Positions 57,201 to 64,000 of a stretch of DNA of 64,000 bases are shown piece after piece (position 1 is the first letter of the stretch; each line of letters starts with the position of its first letter). This stretch comes from Macrostomum lignano (lineage: Eukaryota). The stretch spans positions 1 through 64,000 of the forward strand of contig NIVC01002543.1 in the NCBI GenBank assembly GCA_002269645.1. The letters run 5' to 3'. A program made the translations under genes and the position numbers. The notes under the pieces were generated by a model. It searched no databases. It saw nothing but the letters and a program-made list of their open reading frames with translations, and was not told the origin of the DNA.

Positions 57201-59125
57201 GATGAGGCAACACGTCTGTCCACCGGACTGACCAGCGTCTCAGGTGCCTCAGCCGACTTCTTAGAAGTGTCCAGACGTGAGGTGTCAGCCTATAGTCGAC
57301 TTAATGGCTCTTGGCCTTTAAAGTCTTGGTCGATATCTTGCTGGAGTTGCTTGCGTCACTCGTCTGCATCAAAGCTGACTTGCCGTCTCCAGACTGGGCC
57401 TGTCAAATTTGGCATTTATATGAGAATTCAGGATTGACAGTTTACAACTGATATTCTACTGAGACTTTGAAACAGACTGGCATATTGGTGTCAGTACAGT
57501 CTGTAGGTTAGCTGGACCACCTAAACTTGAATTCCACCTCCCATCTGTGAGGCTCTTCAACAGACTGGCTCAGTTGCGTCAGTGCAGTCTGTAGGTTAGC
57601 TGGACCACCTAAACTTGAATTCCACCTCCCATCTGTGAGGCTCTTTAACAGACTGGCTCAGTTGCGTCAGTGCAGTCTGTAGGTTAGCTGGACCACCTAA
57701 ACTTGAATTCCACCTCCCATCTGTGAGGCTCTTTAACAGACTGGCTCTGTGGCGTCAGTACAGTCTGTAGGTTAGCTGGACCAGTTCAATTAGAATAGGA
57801 TAAGCCAAATCTGAACACTTTTGCAGCAAGCTCACCACAGTAGATTCAATCTCGTCCTTTGACTAAACTGCGATGAGGCAACACGTCTGTCCACCGGACT
57901 GACCAGCGTCTCAGGTGCCTCTGCCGACTTCTTAGAAGTGTCCAGACGTGAGGTGTCAGCCTATAGTCGACTTAAAGGCTCTTGGCCTTTAAAGTCTTGG
58001 TCGATATCTTGCTGGAGTTGCTTGCGTCACTCGTCTGCATCAAAGCTGACTTGCCGTCTCCAGACTGGGCCTGTCAAATTTGGCATTTATATGAGAATTC
58101 AGGATTGACAGTTTACAACTGATATTCTACTGAGACTTTGAAACAGACTGGCATATTGGTGTCAGTGCCGTCTGTAGGTTAGCTGTACCTCCTGGACTTG
58201 AATTCCACCTCCTATTGGTGAGGCTCTAAAACAGACTGGCTCAGTTACGTCAGTGCAGTCTGTAGGTTAGCTGGACCACCTAAACTTGAATTCCACCTCT
58301 TATCTGTGAGGCTCTTAAACAGACTGGATCAGTTGCGTCAGTGCAGTCTGTAGGTTAGCTGGACCTCCTAAACTTGAATTCCACCCCATCTGTGAGGCTC
58401 TAAAACAGACTGGCTCTGTGGCGTCAGTACAGTCTGTAGGTTAGCTGGACCAGTTCAATTAGAATAAGATAAACCAAATCTGAACACTTTTGCAGCAAGC
58501 TCACCACAGTAGATTCAATCTCGTCCTATGACTGAACTGCGATGAGGCAACACGTCTGTCCACCGGACTGACCAGCGTCTCAGGTGCCTCAGCCGACTTC
58601 TTAGAAGTGTCCAGACGTGAGGTGTCAGCCTATAGTCGACTTAATGGCTCTTGGCCTTTAAAGTCTTGGTCGATATCTTGCTGGAGTTGCTTGCGTCACT
58701 CGTCTGCATCAAAGCTGACTTGCCGTCTCCAGACTGGGCCTGTCAAATTTGGCATTTATATGAGAATTCAGGATTGACAGTTTACAACTGATATTCTACT
58801 GAGACTTTGAAACAGACTGGCATATTGGTGTCAGTGCAGTCTGTAGGTTAGCTGGACCTCCTGGACTTGAATTCCACCTCCTATTGGTGAGGCTCTAAAA
58901 CAGACTGGATCAGTTGCGTCAGTGCAGTCTGTAGGTTAGCTGGACCACCTAAACTTGAATTCCACCTCCCATTTGTGAGGCTCTTAAACAGACTGGATCA
59001 GTTGCGTCAGTGCAGTCTGTAGGTTAGCTGGACCTCCTAAACTTGAATTCCACCTCCCATCTGTAAGGCTCTTAAACAGACTGGCTCAGTTGCGTCAGTA
59101 CAGTCTGTAGGTTAGCTGGACCAGC
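54283..59125. repeat. Higher-order composite repeat: 405-bp block + 1-4 x 88-bp hairpin-bearing units
   Basis: Marker AGTTCAATTAG at 54524, 55193, 55950, 56619, 57112, 57783, 58452 (periods 669, 757, 669, 493, 671, 669). Confidence 0.95.
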
Positions 59126-59156
59126 TTAAGTTGTATGTGCACCGATTTGCTTACCT

Positions 59157-59560
59157 GGTAGATTTTGCTTTTTGGTCTGGCAGGAAAACATATTTCTGAA
59201 ATTTCGATTGAGTAGGTTCTTATTGAGGCTCTTTACTAAAGTTAATCATTTTTTCATCCTAAATAACACTTCGTTTTGGTACTTACTGCAATTTCAATGC
59301 AATTTTTCAAAAACGTCGTCGAAAACATTTTTCACTGGCTCCCAAGTATTGTTAGATCTAAAAGTCGTGTGTTGTTTTATTAGCTACGTAATAATCCAAA
59401 GGCTTGGTTTCACTAGAGAATTAGAACGCGAGGAAGTCAATCTTTTAAATTGAATCTTTTCATTTTATGCTTACCTTAGGTATCCAGTCCACTTGATGTA
59501 ACATATGTTACTGTTGCACCTCTCCGGGACTCTGTGTTATTGGGATATCTCCTGCGAGAC
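59157..59560 (-). pseudogene. Decayed spliced chromodomain gene fragment
   Basis: Exon ending at 59475 (..YIKWTGYLR) splices across a GT-AG intron 59474-59358 to SNNTWEPVKNV, matching the chromodomain consensus Y.IKW.GY...NTWEP..N; neighbouring stops and frameshifts. Confidence 0.75.
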
Positions 59561-60669
59561 ATTCGTGTCTTCTCGTGTATTGACTATTGACAGTTCAGTT
59601 GAATGTTTCAGTCTATCCGAGAAATTAGGTGGTCCATGTAAGCCTGTTTTAGCTAGACCAAAGGTTTTCACTTTTATAGCTCTGCCCCTCTCTGACTCGT
59701 TTAGTCGACGGACTGTCTGTCCCTTGGACTGCTCCTATTGGCTGGCATTCCCAGTAAGGGTGGTCCGATTTTTACCAACCTCTCCGAAATCAGTCCTTAA
59801 CCAATGCAGCACTAGTCTGTGTGACTGTGTTGTGCGCTTCGAGTTTCGTTTACATGGACCTCAACAGACGATCTGATGTGCGTGCAACTGTGTTTAGTGG
59901 GACCCAGGCTAAACTAAAATAAAAAATACCAGACCTTCGCTTTGAGCTTGGTTTGGTGCTTCCCCACCCCTAAACAGGGATCTGAGAGCAGAACCTTCTT
60001 CTCAAGGCCGAAACTCTCCTCCAGGCTTATTTCTTATTGTGGTTCGACACTTTTATAAATATCAAATATCAAAAGGAATCTAAAAGAAGGAAAGTCGATA
60101 GGCCTATAGGATACAATATCCATTTAAACTACTATCAGCAGCTAACGTGATAAAGGAACCGTCATTCGAATATTTTTCGAGCACAAAACCGTGGGAAGGC
60201 TTTGAAGAAAGCTCAACAAAGCCGTGTGTGCCTAATTTAAGATCACGGAAATTAAATATATTACTTTTTTGGCGTAAAAGATGTTGTAAAAAGGTAAATT
60301 GCCAACAGACTGAAAAAGACTGAAACAGACTGAAACAGACTGAAACAGACTGCAACAGACAAATTCAGAAATTTTCATTGACAATTTTTGTTTAGCTGGA
60401 CCTTTCAGACCCGGTTTAGGTGGACATCGCAAAAAGTCCATGTAAACTGAAATGCATTTTTTTCTGAACATGAATGCCGATGAATGTTGCGCTTTGCGGC
60501 ACTCATTCCTGACATCCATTGCTCTGTTTTGTGGTCCTTATAAACCACTCAACGTTGTCTGGAGCAAAAATATTCGGTGGTCCACCTACGCTGTCCACCT
60601 AAACCGAAAGGTCCAGCTAATGCGGCAACTGAACCGACGAAAGGTCCAAGTAAACACACAGACAGTAAC

Positions 60670-60864
<195 letters not shown>

Positions 60865-60869
60865 TACCG

Positions 60870-63800
60870 CTGTCTGTGTGTTTAGCGGGACCAGAGTTTT
60901 GTTAATGCATTAGGTGGACCACCTAGTTTCCTTATAAAACCGGTGTCTTCTGTCTCTACAGGAAAAGTTAGCGTGGGTTGTCTTTCAGTTTAGCCTGCAG
61001 ATTAGCCATCTCGTGGAAACTGCATGTCACTTTCAACTGGGATAGCTGGACCAGCCCGGACCTGTTTTAGGTGGACCTTCAAAAAGACACCGTTTAGGTG
61101 GACCATCATTTATTTAGCAGAGTACTGCGATTATTATCGACCCAGTACTGTTAAGCACGAGAAACAACACTAAAAGTCACGTGACAGAAGTCCCAAATAC
61201 AAAATATGTAATTAAGTGCAAATAATGCATTCAGTTCTAGTTTTCTCCGGACTCAAGAACCATCATCCCCATTAAAAACTAATGAATCAAATGCAACTGA
61301 TTTTTAGGCCGAGAAAAATAGTTACAAGTGCAAATTAACGGCCAAGCAAAAGTTTAAATAGCAAAAAGTCATATTTGTTTTTCACTAGAATAATGATAAA
61401 CCTAAAGAAACACACTTAACGTCCCAAATATGTGCCAAAAGGCAAGTAGATTGACAACGATATAATTAATACATTAATTATATTAATAATGTAATAATGT
61501 AATAATGTAATTAATAATACATTAAATACATTTGCCTAATAAATTTCACGTATTGCAATAGAACAACTTTCCACTCAATTTTTGAAAAATGAAAAAAGTT
61601 TTAACGGACGGACAAGACATGTTACGACGGATAGCGGAATCATCTCACAGAAAGCCACAAGCTGTCGCAGTCAATATCATCATAAACAAACTTTTGCGGT
61701 TGAGCACAAAAAAATCGTCTTCATTTTGCCGGAGTAGCTTGCGTCACTCGTCTGCATCAAAGCTGACTTGCCGTCTCCAGACTGGGCCTGTCAAATTTGG
61801 CATTTATACGAGAATTAAGGATTGACAGTTTACAACTGATATTCTACTGAGACTGTGAAACAGACTGGCATATTGGTGTCAGTACAGTCTGTAGGTTAGC
61901 TGGACCTCCTAAACTTGAATTCCACCTCCCACCTGTGAGGCTCTAAAACAGACGGGATCAGTTGCGTCAGTGCAGTCTGTAGGTTAGCTGGACCTCCTAA
62001 ACTTGAATTCCACCTCCTATTGGTGAGGCTCTAAAACAGACTGACTCTGTGGCGTCAGTGCAGTCTGTAGGTTAGCTGGACCACCTGGACTTGAATTCCA
62101 CCTCCCATCTGTGAGGCTCTTCAACAGACTGGCTCAGTTGCGTCAGTGCAGTCTGTAGGTTAGCTGGACCTCCTAAACTTGAATTCCACCTCCTATCTGT
62201 GAGGCTCTTCAACAGACTGGATCAGTTGCGTCAGTACAGTCTGTAGGTTAGCTGGACCTCCTAAACTTGAATTCCACATCATCTGTGAGGCTCTTTAACA
62301 GACTGACACTGTGGCGTCAGTACAGTCTGTAGGTTAGCTGGACCAGTTCAATTAGAATAGGATAAGCCAAATCTGAACACTTTTGCAGCAAGCTCACCAC
62401 AGTAGATTCAATCTCGTCCGATGACTGAACTGCGATGAGGCAACACGTCTGTCCACCGGACTGACCAGCGTCTCAGGTGCCTCAGCCGACTTCTTAGAAG
62501 TGTCCAGACGTGAGGTGTCAGCCTATAGTCGACTTAATGGCTCTTGGCCTTTAAAGTCTTGGTCGATATCTTGCTGGAGTTGCTTGCGTCACTCGTCTGC
62601 ATCAAAGCTGACTTGCCGTCTCCAGACTGGGCCTGTCAAATTTGGCATTTATACGAGAATTAAGGATTGACAGTTTACAACTGATATTCTACTGAGACTG
62701 TGAAACAGACTGGCATATTGGTGTCAGTACAGTCTGTAGGTTAGCTGGACCACCTAAACTTGAATTCCACCTCCTATCTGTGAGGCTCTTCAACAGACTG
62801 GATCAGTTGCGTCAGTGCAGTCTGTAGGTTAGCTGGACCTCCTAAAATTGAATTCCACCCCATCTGTGAGGCTCTAAAACAGACTGACTCTGTGGCGTCA
62901 GTACAGTCTGTAGGTTAGCTGGACCAGTTCAATTAGAATAGGATAAGCCAAATCTGAACACTTTTGCAGCAAGCTCACCACAGTAGATTCAATCTCGTCC
63001 GATGACTGAACTGCGATGAGGCAACACGTCTGTCCACCGGACTGACCAGCGTCTCAGGTGCCTCAGCCGACTTCTTAGAAGTGTCCAGACGTGAGGTGTC
63101 AGCCTATAGTCGACTTAATGGCTCTTGGCCTTTAAAGTCTTGGTCGATATCTTGCTGGAGTTGCTTGCGTCACTCGTCTGCATCAAAGCTGACTTGCCGT
63201 CTCCAGACTGGGCCTGTCAAATTTGGCATTTATACGAGAATTAAGGATTGACAGTTTACAACTGATATTCTACTGAGACTGTGAAACAGACTGGCATATT
63301 GGTGTCAGTACAGTCTGTAGGTTAGCTGGACCTCCTAAACTTGAATTCCACCTCCTATCTGTGAGGCTCTTCAACAGACTGGATCAGTTGCGTCAGTGCA
63401 GTCTGTAGGTTAGCTGGACCACCTGGACTTGAATTCCACCTCCCATCTGTGAGGCTCTTCAACAGACTGGCTCAGTTGCGTCAGTGCAGTCTGTAGGTTA
63501 GCTGGACCTCCTAAACTTGAATTCCACCTCCTATCTGTGAGGCTCTTCAACAGACTGGATCAGTTGCGTCAGTGCAGTCTGTAGGTTAGCTGGACCTCCT
63601 AAACTTGAATTCCACCCCATCTGTGAGGCTTTAAAACAGACTGACTCTGTGGCGTCAGTACAGTCTGTAGGTTAGCTGGATCAGTTCAATTAGAATAGGA
63701 TAAGCAAAATCTGAACACTTTTGCAGCAAGCTCACCACAGTAGATTCAATCTCGTCCGATGACTGAACTGCGATGAGGCAACACGTCTGTCCACCGGACT

Positions 63801-64000
63801 GACCAGCGTCTCAGGTGCCTCAGCCGACTTCTTAGAAGTGTCCAGACGTGAGGTGTCAGCCTATAGTCGACTTAATGGCTCTTGGCCTTTAAAGTCTTGG
63901 TCGATATCTTGCTGGAGTTGCTTGCGTCACTCGTCTGCATCAAAGCTGACTTGCCGTCTCCAGACTGGGCCTGTCAAATTTGGCATTTATACGAGAATTA
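60870..64000. mobile_element. Second head-to-tail copy of the TIR-bounded element (runs off the window)
   Basis: 60870-61830 closely matches 53474-54380 (offset 7396 bp); the composite array resumes at ~61730 with markers at 62345, 62926, 63683 (periods 581, 757). Confidence 0.85.

Larger units (their letters stand above)
53474..60665. mobile_element. ~7.2-kb TIR-bounded element of unclear superfamily, copy 1
   Basis: Termini CTGTCTGTGTGTTTAGCGGGACC (53474-53496) and GGTCCAAGTAAACACACAGACAG (60643-60665) are 20/23 inverted; many subterminal TAG(C/G)TGGACC motifs that switch orientation near the right end; GACA tracts on both sides. Confidence 0.65.

Noticed and set aside
61589-61825. 78-aa ORF in the second element copy as a transposase
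   Set aside because: No catalytic motif, and the frame differs in the first copy.

Overview
Eukaryotic (animal) genomic DNA with short GT-AG introns and many intronic minisatellites. The style resembles an invertebrate such as the flatworm Macrostomum, but that is inference only. The first 42 kb hold a tandem + strand cluster of type-I membrane receptor genes: a diverged, 5'-truncated paralogue (1-2625) and three close copies A (8285-15391), B (19074-27040) and C (32958-42262). Manual splicing gives signal peptide + degenerate F-type-lectin/discoidin-like domain + 10 Ig-like (CD80-like C2-set) domains + TM + tail. A has lost about 1.1 kb of Ig exons. A and B share a tail with YEEN and PxxPxR motifs; C has an almost identical ectodomain joined to an unrelated TM and an ITIM-like/ITSM tail, a paired-receptor layout. 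Orthologous introns carry copy-number-variable minisatellites, one of which is an amplified 5' splice site. Downstream are a 3-exon Id/emc-like HLH gene (- strand), a P-element/THAP deletion derivative just upstream of it, several minisatellites, and a tandemly repeated ~7.2-kb TIR-bounded element containing a 405+88n higher-order repeat and a decayed spliced chromodomain gene. Other mobile DNA: a MULE-like element with a nested hAT-like MITE, two tRNA/CORE-like SINEs, a LINE 3' fragment and a rearranged Penelope-like element. All gene models were read by eye; no searches were run.
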